Origin: Gemmatimonadota bacterium
GTDB taxonomy: Bacteria > Gemmatimonadota > Gemmatimonadetes > Gemmatimonadales > Gemmatimonadaceae
Length of the DNA stretch: 64,000 nucleotides
Direction: 5' to 3'
NCBI GenBank assembly: GCA_014192065.1
Contig: BJHH01000003.1
Location: 248,751-312,750 of the forward strand
Part shown: in pieces, positions 55,346 to 63,600 of the stretch
How positions within the stretch are numbered: position 1 is the first letter of the stretch
How the letters are laid out: the number at the start of each line of letters is the position of its first letter
Made by a program: the position numbers and the translations under genes
Notes under the pieces: generated by a model
What the model saw: only the letters and a program-made list of their open reading frames with translations
Database searches by the model: none
Told to the model about the DNA's origin: nothing

Positions 55346-57166
55346 TTACTTCTTGCAATAGGCCTTGGTCATCTGCTCAACGGAGCCATTCATCTGCATC
55401 AGCGAACCCATCACCTGGCGCGTCGCGTCGGGGGCAAACGAGCCACCGGCTGGGAGCGCCACCTGCGCGATGATGAACAAGTCGTTCGCCTGATTGGTCA
55501 GCGCGCACGCTTCTGGATATGCCTTGTCGAGCATCGCCTTCTGTTTCGCGGCGTCTGGTTTGGTCGCCTTGATCTCTTCAGAAATTTTCCGCACGACGTC
55601 GCCACCAGCGATCAGGTGGCCCTGTCCGACGCTCAGGGCGGCCACGCCCATCAGGAACTTGGCCTGCGGGGCGACCTTCGTGCCTTTCGCGAGAGTGTCG
55701 GACCATGCGAGTTCGGCGTACGCAACTTCCCATGCGGCGAACTGCGCGGCGGCATCACCGCCGCTGAACTTCAACTGATCAGGAACCTTCCGGAGTGCAT
55801 CACCCGCGCTCACCGCGATACCGGCGACCTGATCCTTGTCCTCGCCATTGGCCAACATCTCCTTGGCCATCGCAATCGCCGAATCGATCTGCGGCGGAGT
55901 GGCGCCAAGATATGCGGCACCGATCTGCACGCGAAGGTCGCGTTCCTTTGGGTTGATCGCGAGGGCGCGACGCGACGCGGCGATCGACGCCGACGTGTTC
56001 TTGAGACGGGACTGGAGGCCGGCTTCAAGCTTCGGATATTCGACGAGCTTCGAGAACTTCGTGCCGGCACGATGGGCGATCTCCGCGGCCTTGGCCGTGT
56101 CGGCCATCTGAATCGCGAACCCGATTGATCGGTTGAAGTAGACGGTGTCCGCCGTAACCGTATCCATCTTCACCATTTCGTCGCCGACTTCGAGCGCCTT
56201 CTTGTAGTCCTTCATCGCGCCGAGGATCAGCCAGTAGGTGCGGACAAGTCCCATGTCGCCGGGGTTCTCGGCGACCGCCTTCTCGACGATCGGACGCGCC
56301 TTCGTGAAGTCACCCATGCCGGCGAGTTCGTTGCCGATGTCGGTGTTGAGCCGCGCATTCGTCGGGTCGGCCTTCTGGAGCGCCATCAGCACTTCGATCT
56401 TTTTTTCCTTGTTGCCCGCCGCGTCGTATCGCGACACGAGCTCCTGCAGGGCAGCCTTGCTCAGCGGGTCAAAGGTGCGGATTTCCTCGGCCAGCTTGAT
56501 GATCGCATCGCCGTCGCCCTTTTGCTCTCTGAGCAGCGTCATGTGGCAATACCGCATCCACGTCGATGACGGATACTCCTTGAGACCGCCATCGATTTCC
56601 TTGCGTGCTTCGACGTACTTCCGCTCGCGGATGTTCGTGAAGCAGGTTTTCTGGCGCTCAAATGTCTTGTTGTGCGCGTCCTGAAAGGCCTTCGATGACG
56701 CACCCATCACGCCTTCGAGCTTCGCGTTCTCCCACGAGCCCAGCGGCTGGATGAGGTTTGCATCACGCTGCGGCACGAGCGCAGCCGTCAGCTTGTAGCC
56801 AGCTGAAGTCTTTTCGATGGTCGCATCGATGTAGACGTCTGCGCGGATCTGCTTGGCAAGTGCGCTGGCGTCGCCCTGTGCGAGCGCGGATGACGGGTCG
56901 TAGCCCGACGCGGTGAGTGTATTCTCGACGTCTGCCTTCGGCAGTACGTAGAGCGTACGATACGACACGTCACCTTCGATCTGACTGCGGAGCTTGTCCG
57001 CGCACAGAATCGCGAGCGCCTTGTCGGTGGTGCGGCACGCACTGACCATCAGTCGTGGTGCGTTCGGATTCGGGCCGCGCGCACTCTGCGCCTCAGCGAG
57101 CGACGCGAGCGTACCGATCGTCAACGCGGCCATAGCCGCCATGCAAGCATTTTGCCGAGCCGTCAC
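55346..57166 (-). CDS. Secreted TPR-like repeat protein (hypothetical)
   Basis: The ORF-track entry (to 57469) reads through a tRNA gene, so it must be shorter. GTG 57166..57164 is preceded by GGAGG at -9 and gives VTARQNACMAAMAALTIGTLASLAEAQ (a signal peptide). The body is helical-repeat-like (A/L/K-rich 34-residue-type segments). Function unknown. Confidence 0.62.
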   Translation of the reverse strand: MTARQNACMAAMAALTIGTLASLAEAQSARGPNPNAPRLMVSACRTTDKALAILCADKLRSQIEGDVSYRTLYVLPKADVENTLTASGYDPSSALAQGDASALAKQIRADVYIDATIEKTSAGYKLTAALVPQRDANLIQPLGSWENAKLEGVMGASSKAFQDAHNKTFERQKTCFTNIRERKYVEARKEIDGGLKEYPSSTWMRYCHMTLLREQKGDGDAIIKLAEEIRTFDPLSKAALQELVSRYDAAGNKEKKIEVLMALQKADPTNARLNTDIGNELAGMGDFTKARPIVEKAVAENPGDMGLVRTYWLILGAMKDYKKALEVGDEMVKMDTVTADTVYFNRSIGFAIQMADTAKAAEIAHRAGTKFSKLVEYPKLEAGLQSRLKNTSASIAASRRALAINPKERDLRVQIGAAYLGATPPQIDSAIAMAKEMLANGEDKDQVAGIAVSAGDALRKVPDQLKFSGGDAAAQFAAWEVAYAELAWSDTLAKGTKVAPQAKFLMGVAALSVGQGHLIAGGDVVRKISEEIKATKPDAAKQKAMLDKAYPEACALTNQANDLFIIAQVALPAGGSFAPDATRQVMGSLMQMNGSVEQMTKAYCKK

Positions 57167-57242
57167 GGTCCTGAACCTCCGAATGGTGAACTTTCCTTGT
57201 GCGTCGGCGCTGGGTGCGTTCAGGCCGAGTCCGGCGTTGGAA

Positions 57243-57316
57243 TGGGCGAAGAGGGACTCGAACCCCCGACACCCTGCGTGTAAGGCAGGTGCTCTAACCA
57301 ACTGAGCTATTCGCCC
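57243..57316 (-). tRNA. tRNA-Val (anticodon TAC)
   Basis: Minus strand: GGGCGAATAGCTCAGTTGGTTAGAGCACCTGCCTTACACGCAGGGTGTCGGGGGTTCGAGTCCCTCTTCGCCCA. Folded by hand: 7-bp acceptor stem, D arm GCTC/GAGC, anticodon stem CCTGC/GCAGG with loop CTTACAC, T arm GGGGG-TTCGAGT-CCCTC. 74 nt, with no encoded CCA. Confidence 0.9.
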
Positions 57317-57342
57317 AGATCCTTCTTTTGCCTTACTCGCCC

Positions 57343-57513
57343 CTAAGCCAGAATCGCGTACGGTACCAGCACACAATATCCGATGACGAGCAGGAGCGGC
57401 GCCAGCGTCATGCCGCCCCGGGCGAGGTCCGCGTAGCCCACAGTCAGGACCAATCCGGCCACGGCCCATCGGACCGATGCTCTTTTCGCCATTGGACGCG
57501 CTGCTTCATTCAT
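57343..57513 (-). CDS. Candidate small membrane protein (56 aa, or 49 aa from the second ATG at 57492)
   Basis: Below the ORF-track size cutoff, so translated by hand: MNEAARPMAKRASVRWAVAGLVLTVGYADLARGGMTLAPLLLVIGYCVLVPYAILA*. Two hydrophobic segments, GC-rich third positions, and a near-consensus promoter immediately upstream. No homology could be assessed. Confidence 0.35.
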   Translation of the reverse strand: MNEAARPMAKRASVRWAVAGLVLTVGYADLARGGMTLAPLLLVIGYCVLVPYAILA

Positions 57514-57522
57514 AAGAAACTG

Positions 57523-57551
57523 ATTTTACGGTGCGTTTATGGTAGTGTCAA
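57523..57551 (-). promoter_or_regulatory. Near-consensus sigma70-type promoter: TTGACA - 17 nt - TAAAAT
   Basis: Minus strand reads TTGACA (57551..57546), CTACCATAAACGCACCG (17 nt), TAAAAT (57528..57523). It lies in the lowest-GC stretch of the window. ATG 57513 begins 10 nt after the -10 element. Confidence 0.5.
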
Positions 57552-57568
57552 GGAATGCCATCAGGCGC

Positions 57569-58549
57569 TCACATCCCCTTAATCTGATCATCATTTCCGC
57601 CGAAATGTTCCCCCTCGCCGAGGAGGGCGTCCAGGGCGCTTTCCCGCTCTCGTTGGTCGGCCAGTTCATCGGCGGCAATCAGGGCCGCCAGCCGCGCGCG
57701 GTCCCTTCTCCGCCTGATCAGCCAGAAGGGGCCGACGACGAGGAAGAGCACCAGCGAGGCGAACCCGAGGTCGCCCAAGACCGCGAGCCCGCCGTACCTC
57801 CGCCGAGTCGTCTTTCGCCAGGTGGCCTCGAAGCCGTCGAGGGTCAATCCATAGGCTTGGCGGAGGGCGGAATCGAGCGCCCCCGTCTCGCGCCAGTACC
57901 GAAACAGCAGCGTGAGCCCCCCCCTGGGGTCAAGCGCCGCGATGTCGGCCACGGCCCGGTGGGCCAGCGCGTACCCCTGCTCCGCCCGGACCGTACCGCC
58001 AGCAATCATGGTGTCGAGGGCGGCGAACCTCGGCACGCCCCTGAGCGCGAGCACGATGCTGGACGCGAGCACGTCGTCGCGTCCCCATTCGCCTGCCGAG
58101 TATGACGCAAAGCCTTCGTCAAACCACCGGGGTGGCGCGCCGCGCATCGTTTCGTAAAGTGCGAGGTGGGCCAGCTCGTGACGAAGTGTGGTACGCGGGT
58201 CGCCGGCACTAGCGTTCGCTCCCCGGCCCTGCATCACGATGCGCCACTCTTCGGGAATGGCCACGGCGATACCCCACTCGGGGAATCCACCGCCGATCCA
58301 GCGGTGGAGCGTGGTTTCGTCCGGGGCGATCATGACGGTGGCGTGCCTCGTCGGCCGCGGCAGTCCGGGAAAGGTGTCGCGGGCCAGGGCGTCGGCGAGG
58401 AGATGCTTCGCGAGACCTGCGTCGGCACGCGTCACCACGAAGGTGAATCGGCCGGCGGCGATGCGCTCCGTTTCCGCCGGGTCGGCAAACCCCTGCGCTC
58501 GCCCAAGGCCCGTGATCGTCAGGCAGAATCCTAACAGCAGCTTCAGCAT
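57569..58549 (-). CDS. Putative zinc metallopeptidase (HExxH, MA-clan-like) with signal peptide and C-terminal TM anchor
   Basis: 326 aa. Signal peptide MLKLLLGFCLTITGLGRAQG. HELAH motif followed 19 residues later by EGFASY (a possible third ligand Glu). Hydrophobic segment LAVLGDLGFASLVLFLVVGPFWLI followed by RRRRDR. Confidence 0.6.
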   Translation of the reverse strand: MLKLLLGFCLTITGLGRAQGFADPAETERIAAGRFTFVVTRADAGLAKHLLADALARDTFPGLPRPTRHATVMIAPDETTLHRWIGGGFPEWGIAVAIPEEWRIVMQGRGANASAGDPRTTLRHELAHLALYETMRGAPPRWFDEGFASYSAGEWGRDDVLASSIVLALRGVPRFAALDTMIAGGTVRAEQGYALAHRAVADIAALDPRGGLTLLFRYWRETGALDSALRQAYGLTLDGFEATWRKTTRRRYGGLAVLGDLGFASLVLFLVVGPFWLIRRRRDRARLAALIAADELADQRERESALDALLGEGEHFGGNDDQIKGM

Positions 58550-58590
58550 TCGCGCTTCATTACCTCACGACAGCTGGAGCGGCGGCGCAC

Positions 58591-58631
58591 CGCGGAGCAA
58601 CCAGCGCCCGCGGAGCAACCAGCGCCCGCGG
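58591..58631. repeat. 18-bp tandem repeat (gcggagcaaccagcgccc), ~2.2 copies, intergenic
   Basis: Read directly between the rluD stop (58644) and the peptidase start (58549). It contains three CCGCGG palindromes. The outer CACCGCGG...CCGCGGTG arms can pair. Confidence 0.8.
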
Positions 58632-58643
58632 TGTGCCTCAGTT

Positions 58644-59807
58644 TCACTCGTCGCCTATCGTATAGAAGCCCAAGTATTCCAAGGGGTCGGCGTGGTTTTC
58701 TAGTTCGGGCATCTCCGACACGGTGCACAGCGACTCTCGAAGATCGGCCGGAAGAGGCGACCGGAGATCCAGTTCTTCGCCACTGACCGGATGCTGGAAC
58801 TGGAGCCAAGCGGCGTGGAGAAACTGGCGCTTTGGCGGCATGTTCACGAGCCGCCTCGCGCCGCCGCCGCCATAGGTGTCATCCCCGACCACGGGGTGAC
58901 CAACCGACATCAGGTGCACGCGAATCTGATGTGTGCGCCCCGAGTGCAGGTGCGCGCGAAGCAAGTCGGTGCTCGTGAACCGGGCCAGTCGGTGGAAATC
59001 AGTCCGCGCGGCGCGTCCGGCGCTGCCGATCGCCATGCGCTTTCGGTCGTTCGGATCACGGCCGATCGGCTGGTCCACGGACACGTTGTCGTCGGTCATG
59101 TGGCCCCAGCAGAGCGCCGCGTACCGCCGCGTCACCCGCCGCTCAGCGATCGCCTTGGAAAGAATTCGGTGCGCGCGATCTGTCTTGGCGATCACGATGA
59201 GTCCGGACGTTTCCTTGTCGAGGCGGTGCACGAGTCCGGCCCGGACTTCGTCGCCACCGTCGGCCAGCGCCTGACCACGCCCGATCAGCGCGTTCACCAG
59301 CGTGCCGGTCCAATTGCCGGGTGCCGGATGCACCACCATACCCGCGGCCTTGTCGACCACGAGCAATTCGTCGTCCTCGAACACCACGCTCACGGGAATC
59401 TGCTCCCCAAGCACTTCGCGCGACGCGGAGGGCGGCACGCTGACCGTGACCTCGGTGCCCGGATCGGCGATAAAGCTCGCCTTCTCCGCGTGGCCTGCCA
59501 CGAGCACCAGCCCGCTAGCGATCAACGTCGCGGCCTGGTTGCGTGAGAGACCCAGCGTCCGTGCCACGACCACGTCGAGCCGGTCTCCCTCCGCGTCAGC
59601 CGTGAAGCGGTGTGTCGGGCGCTGCGGTTCCTGAGGTTCCTGCGCGTCCGCTAGCAATGAGGGGTTGGGCTGCCCCGGCTGAGCCTGTGCCTTCGCCTGC
59701 TGCTTGGTCTTTTCCTTCAGTCGTTTGATCGGTTTCACGGTTCTGATCACCCGCTTCGCGGCGGGTGTCCTCGCGCCAGAGCACGACCGCGAGCAGGATG
59801 GCGCCAC
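58644..59807 (-). CDS. rluD: RluA/RluD-family 23S rRNA pseudouridine synthase
   Basis: S4-like N-terminal domain (GDRLDVVVARTLGLSRNQAATLI), catalytic HRLDKETSGLIV and HQIRVH motifs. The start is uncertain. The ORF-track ATG at 59807 overlaps the lspA 3' end by 212 nt in another frame, and there is no internal ATG before the conserved region. Confidence 0.85.
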   Translation of the reverse strand: MAPSCSRSCSGARTPAAKRVIRTVKPIKRLKEKTKQQAKAQAQPGQPNPSLLADAQEPQEPQRPTHRFTADAEGDRLDVVVARTLGLSRNQAATLIASGLVLVAGHAEKASFIADPGTEVTVSVPPSASREVLGEQIPVSVVFEDDELLVVDKAAGMVVHPAPGNWTGTLVNALIGRGQALADGGDEVRAGLVHRLDKETSGLIVIAKTDRAHRILSKAIAERRVTRRYAALCWGHMTDDNVSVDQPIGRDPNDRKRMAIGSAGRAARTDFHRLARFTSTDLLRAHLHSGRTHQIRVHLMSVGHPVVGDDTYGGGGARRLVNMPPKRQFLHAAWLQFQHPVSGEELDLRSPLPADLRESLCTVSEMPELENHADPLEYLGFYTIGDE

Positions 59808-60249
59808 AACTCACGGCCATGTCGGCCACATTAAAGGTTGGCCAACGCGACGTGCCGATGCCGACGTCGATGAAATCCACAACTCCGCGTGGTGAGCGAA
59901 GCCGGTCGAGCAGGTTGCCGAACGCGCCCCCCGAAACAAGCGCGATCGCGATGACGCGCACGAGATCGCCACGCTCCGTCTCGCGATAGAGCTTGTACAG
60001 AAGAACGAGCGCGCCGATGGTGAGCGCGGTAAAGATCCAGCGGGAGTAGGGACCGAGATGCAATCCGAACGCCGCGCCGGGGTTGTAGACGAGCGTGAAC
60101 CGGAGCGCATCGCCGACGACCGCGTGCGGCACGTACACCGCCACGAGCCGGTCCACGGCGATCAGTTTCGTCATCTGGTCGACGACGAACACCGACCCGA
60201 TGATCGCGGCGACCAGTCCGGCCCGTCCAGGCGGGTTAGATTTTTCCAT
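59596..60249 (-). CDS. lspA: Lipoprotein signal peptidase (signal peptidase II)
   Basis: 217 aa from ATG 60249 (MEKSNPPGRAGLVAAIIGSVFVVDQMTK). Contains YNPGAAFG, GGAFGNLLDR and FNVADMAV motifs, followed by a long hydrophilic tail after ..VVLWRE. The ORF-track start (60423) is over-extended. Confidence 0.88.
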   Translation of the reverse strand: MEKSNPPGRAGLVAAIIGSVFVVDQMTKLIAVDRLVAVYVPHAVVGDALRFTLVYNPGAAFGLHLGPYSRWIFTALTIGALVLLYKLYRETERGDLVRVIAIALVSGGAFGNLLDRLRSPRGVVDFIDVGIGTSRWPTFNVADMAVSCGAILLAVVLWREDTRREAGDQNRETDQTTEGKDQAAGEGTGSAGAAQPLIASGRAGTSGTAAPDTPLHG

Positions 60250-60655
60250 CTTCCTCTTTCTGCTTGCAGTTGATGCAGAAGCGCGCATGCGGCAGCGCAT
60301 CAAGTCGCTCGAACGCGATTTCGCCGCCACAACCATGACAGCGCCCAAACGTCGCCGGCTTCTTGTAGAGCCGCCGAAGGGCTTCGTCGATGTGCCAGAG
60401 GAACCGCCCTTCAAGGCTCGCAAAGAGGAAGGCCTTTTCGCGTTCCATCGCGTCGGTGCCCTGGTCCGCCATATGGAATGAGTACGACGACAGGTCGCCG
60501 TCGGCGCCTTGCGGCGTATTGCCGAACGTCTGGTCGTAGTGACCGAGCTCCTTCAGCACGCGCTTGCGTTCATCGAGAAGCCGCTTCTCAAAATGGGAGA
60601 GACTTTTCTTTTTCATCGGCTTGAATTCCTTGGTCGCGACTAGCTTTACCGCCAT
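60236..60655 (-). CDS. DksA/TraR-family C4-type zinc-finger protein
   Basis: C-terminal CHGCGGEIAFERLDALPHARFCINC zinc finger preceded by a coiled-coil region. Start is ATG 60655 (2 nt after the ileS stop) or ATG 60616. The ileS, dksA-like, lspA order is a recurrent arrangement. Confidence 0.8.
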   Translation of the reverse strand: MAVKLVATKEFKPMKKKSLSHFEKRLLDERKRVLKELGHYDQTFGNTPQGADGDLSSYSFHMADQGTDAMEREKAFLFASLEGRFLWHIDEALRRLYKKPATFGRCHGCGGEIAFERLDALPHARFCINCKQKEEDGKI

Positions 60656-60657
60656 CG

Positions 60658-63600
60658 TCAGCTGTCCTTGGAAAGGGCAATGTGTGCCGTTACACCGTCG
60701 AGTTCGACGGCCACGGCCGTGACACCGCGCAGCAGATCGTCCGCGGCGACTGGCATCATTTCGGTGATCACAACGTCGTGCGCGAGGACTTCGCCGGCGA
60801 TCCACTGCCGGTGTGTTTCGGCGGCACCCGTCACGAGGGCCGGTCCAGCAATCCTGAGGATAATACGGTCGCTCACTTCGAGGCCGGTTTCTTTACGAAG
60901 CCGTTGCGTGCGGCTTACGAGCTCGCGTGCGATGCCCTCCGCTCGCAACGCCGGGGTCACGGTAGGGTCGATCGCGGCAAAGAGCGGGCCGTCCTGTTGC
61001 ACCACGAGGGCTCCCGATGCTTTGCGGTGCACCGTCAGGTCCTCAGCGGTGAGCTGGTGCTCGCGGCCGTCCACGGTCACGGTCACCGGCTCACCGCGCT
61101 CAAAGGCCATGAGCGAATCCGGCCCGAGCGCGCCGACAACCGCCGCAGCCTTGGGCGTCTCCTTCCCAAATACCTTGCCGAGGGCGCGAAAGTTCGGCTT
61201 AGCCTCGAGCGACACGAGCGCGTCAGCGCTCGTCGCAAACTCGACGACCTTCACATTGAGTTCGGCGGCGAGGATGGTGATGAGGGCGTTGACGTGCACT
61301 CGCGCCGCGGCGCTAAGCGCGCCCGGCACGCACACCATTTTCGAGAGCGGTTGACGCACGTTGACCTTCGCCGTCTCGCGCGCCGCGCGACCCGCGGACG
61401 CCAGCGAGCGGATCGCCGCCATGGCCTCTTCGAGCGCAACGGCTCGATCAGCATGCGCGGCACCCAAGGCGCCTGTCACATTCGGCGCCGCGCCCTGCCC
61501 TCGCACATACGGCGCGAAGTGCACCGAATCACCGCCCGTCAGTTCGCGGTGCATCCAGTCAGTGACGTACGGCGCGAACGGCGCGAGCAGGCGACACGAG
61601 GTGACCAACACCTCATGCATCGTGGCGAATGCGGCGCGGTTGTCGGCAGTGCTCACATCGTAGAACCGGCGCTTCGCGAGCCGCACGTACCACTTGGAGA
61701 CGTCGTCGTCCACGAACTGCATCACGACCCGGGCCGCACCGGTGGCGTCGTAACGCTCCAGCAGAGCGTCAGCGTCGGCTTCCACCGCCGCCAGCCGCGA
61801 GAGCACCCAGCGGTCGAGCAGCGGTCGATCGGCAGGCTTCGGATCGGCGGCGGACGGCGCCCATCCAAAATTCGCGTACTGTGCGAACGCGCCGTGATAG
61901 AGGTTGCGGAGCGTAATGAGAAACCGCCCCGCACCGTCGCGGATCACCTGTTCGTCGAAGTTTTTCGGCACCCACATCTGGCTCGACGACACCAAGAAGA
62001 GTCGCGTCGCATCGGCACCATGTTTCTCCATGATCGCCCACGGATCGGCCGCGTTCCCGCGACTCTTGGACATCTTCTGGCCCTTCGCATCGCGTACGTG
62101 GTCGTGCACGATCACATTTCGGTACGGCGAGGCCTGGCCTGCGCCGTTGTTCGGCAACGTGTCACCCAGCCCTGTCGCGATCGCCAACAGCGAATAGAAC
62201 CATCCGCGCGTCTGGTCCACGCCCTCGGCGATATAGTCGGCCGGAAACTCCCGCTCAACGCGTTCCACGTTTTCGAACGGGTAGTGCCACTGCGCAAACG
62301 GCATCGAGCCCGAGTCGAACCAGGCGTCGATGACTTCGCTCACGCGCTGCATCGTACCGACGGCTGCCACATCCGGCGGGTTCGCTGAACCGGCGCCAGA
62401 GCGGCAGATCGTGCACGGCCAGGTCCACCGGTCGATATACGGCTTGTGCGGATCGAAGCCATCGCCGAGCGGGCGCCCCGCGAGCGTCGATAGTTCGTCG
62501 AACGAGCCGACCGCGAGCCGATGTTCTGGGTTCGCATCGCACTCCCACACTGGCAGCGGCGTCCCCCAGTAGCGATCACGCGAAATCGCCCAGTCGATAT
62601 TGTTTTCAAGCCACTCGCCGAACCGCCCGCTGCCCGTCTCCGCGGGGTTCCAGTTGATGGCCGCGTTCCGCGCGATCATCTCATCCTTGAACGCCGTAGT
62701 GCGCACGAACCACGACGTGCGGGCGTAGTAGAGCAGCGGCGTGTCGCAGCGCCAGCAATGCGGGTATGAGTGCGTGACCGTCGCCGCCTTCCAGAGCACG
62801 TTGCGCGCCTTGAGTTCCTCAATGATCACCGCGTCGGCGTCCTTGAAGAATTTTCCACCGATCACCGGCATGTCGGCCGGGAACTCACCGCGCGCGTTGA
62901 CCGGCTGCAGGAACGCGAGGTTGTGCCGCTTGCCCGCCGCGTAGTCGTCGGCGCCGAACGCGGGCGACATATGTACCACGCCGCTACCGTCGTCGGCAGA
63001 TACGAAATCTTCCGCGACGATCACCTCGTGGTTCGTCCCTTCTGGATATGCCACCCAGTCAAGCGGACGCTTGTAGCGAAGCCCGGCGAGATCGCGGCCC
63101 TTGTGGGACGCGACCAGCTCCCATCGCTCATCCCATCCCTGCCCGAGCACGGCTGCTGCGCGCGACTCGGCGAGAATGAGCGTCCACTCGCGCCCAGACT
63201 TTTTTCGAACTTCCACGTAAGTGAGATCCGGATGAACGGCCAACGCCGCATTCGAAACCAGCGTCCACGGTGTCGTCGTCCAGAGCACGATCCGCCGGCG
63301 GGACGGACTCCCGTCCCCCACACCCACGGCGCCCACGAGATCCAGTGCCACATACACGGACGGATCTTCGACGTCGGCGTACCCCTGCGCCACTTCGTGC
63401 GAGCTCAGCGTCGTCCCGCACCGTGTGCAGTATGGGAGAATCTTGTGTCCGCGATAGAGATTGCCCGCATCGAACAGCGTCTTGAGGGCCCACCACTCGC
63501 TCTCGATGTATTCGTTCGTGTACGTGACGTAGGGACGCTCGTAGTCCAGCCAGTGCGCGATTCGCTCAACGAGCCGCTCCCACTCCTCGCGGTATTTCCA

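Noticed and set aside
57243-57316. tRNA-Val as an integration hotspot or genomic-island boundary
   Set aside because: No integrase, direct repeat of the tRNA 3' end, compositional shift or accessory genes flank it. The neighbours are core genes (dcw cluster, lspA, ileS).
57167-57469. N-terminal 101 codons of the 707-aa ORF-track entry 55346..57469
   Set aside because: This stretch is a translation through tRNA-Val (..GRIAQLVRAPALHAGCRGFESLFAHS..). A GTG with a GGAGG ribosome-binding site at 57166 gives a proper signal peptide, so the CDS was shortened.
57328-57582. 84-aa plus-strand ORF across the tRNA-proximal AT-rich region
   Set aside because: It overlaps the promoter, the small ORF and the 3' end of the peptidase gene on the other strand. 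There is no motif, and the region is better explained by the minus-strand promoter/small ORF/tRNA unit.
60682-62388. 568-aa plus-strand ORF antisense to ileS
   Set aside because: ileS on the minus strand carries HIGH and KMSKS motifs throughout the region, so this is an antisense artefact.
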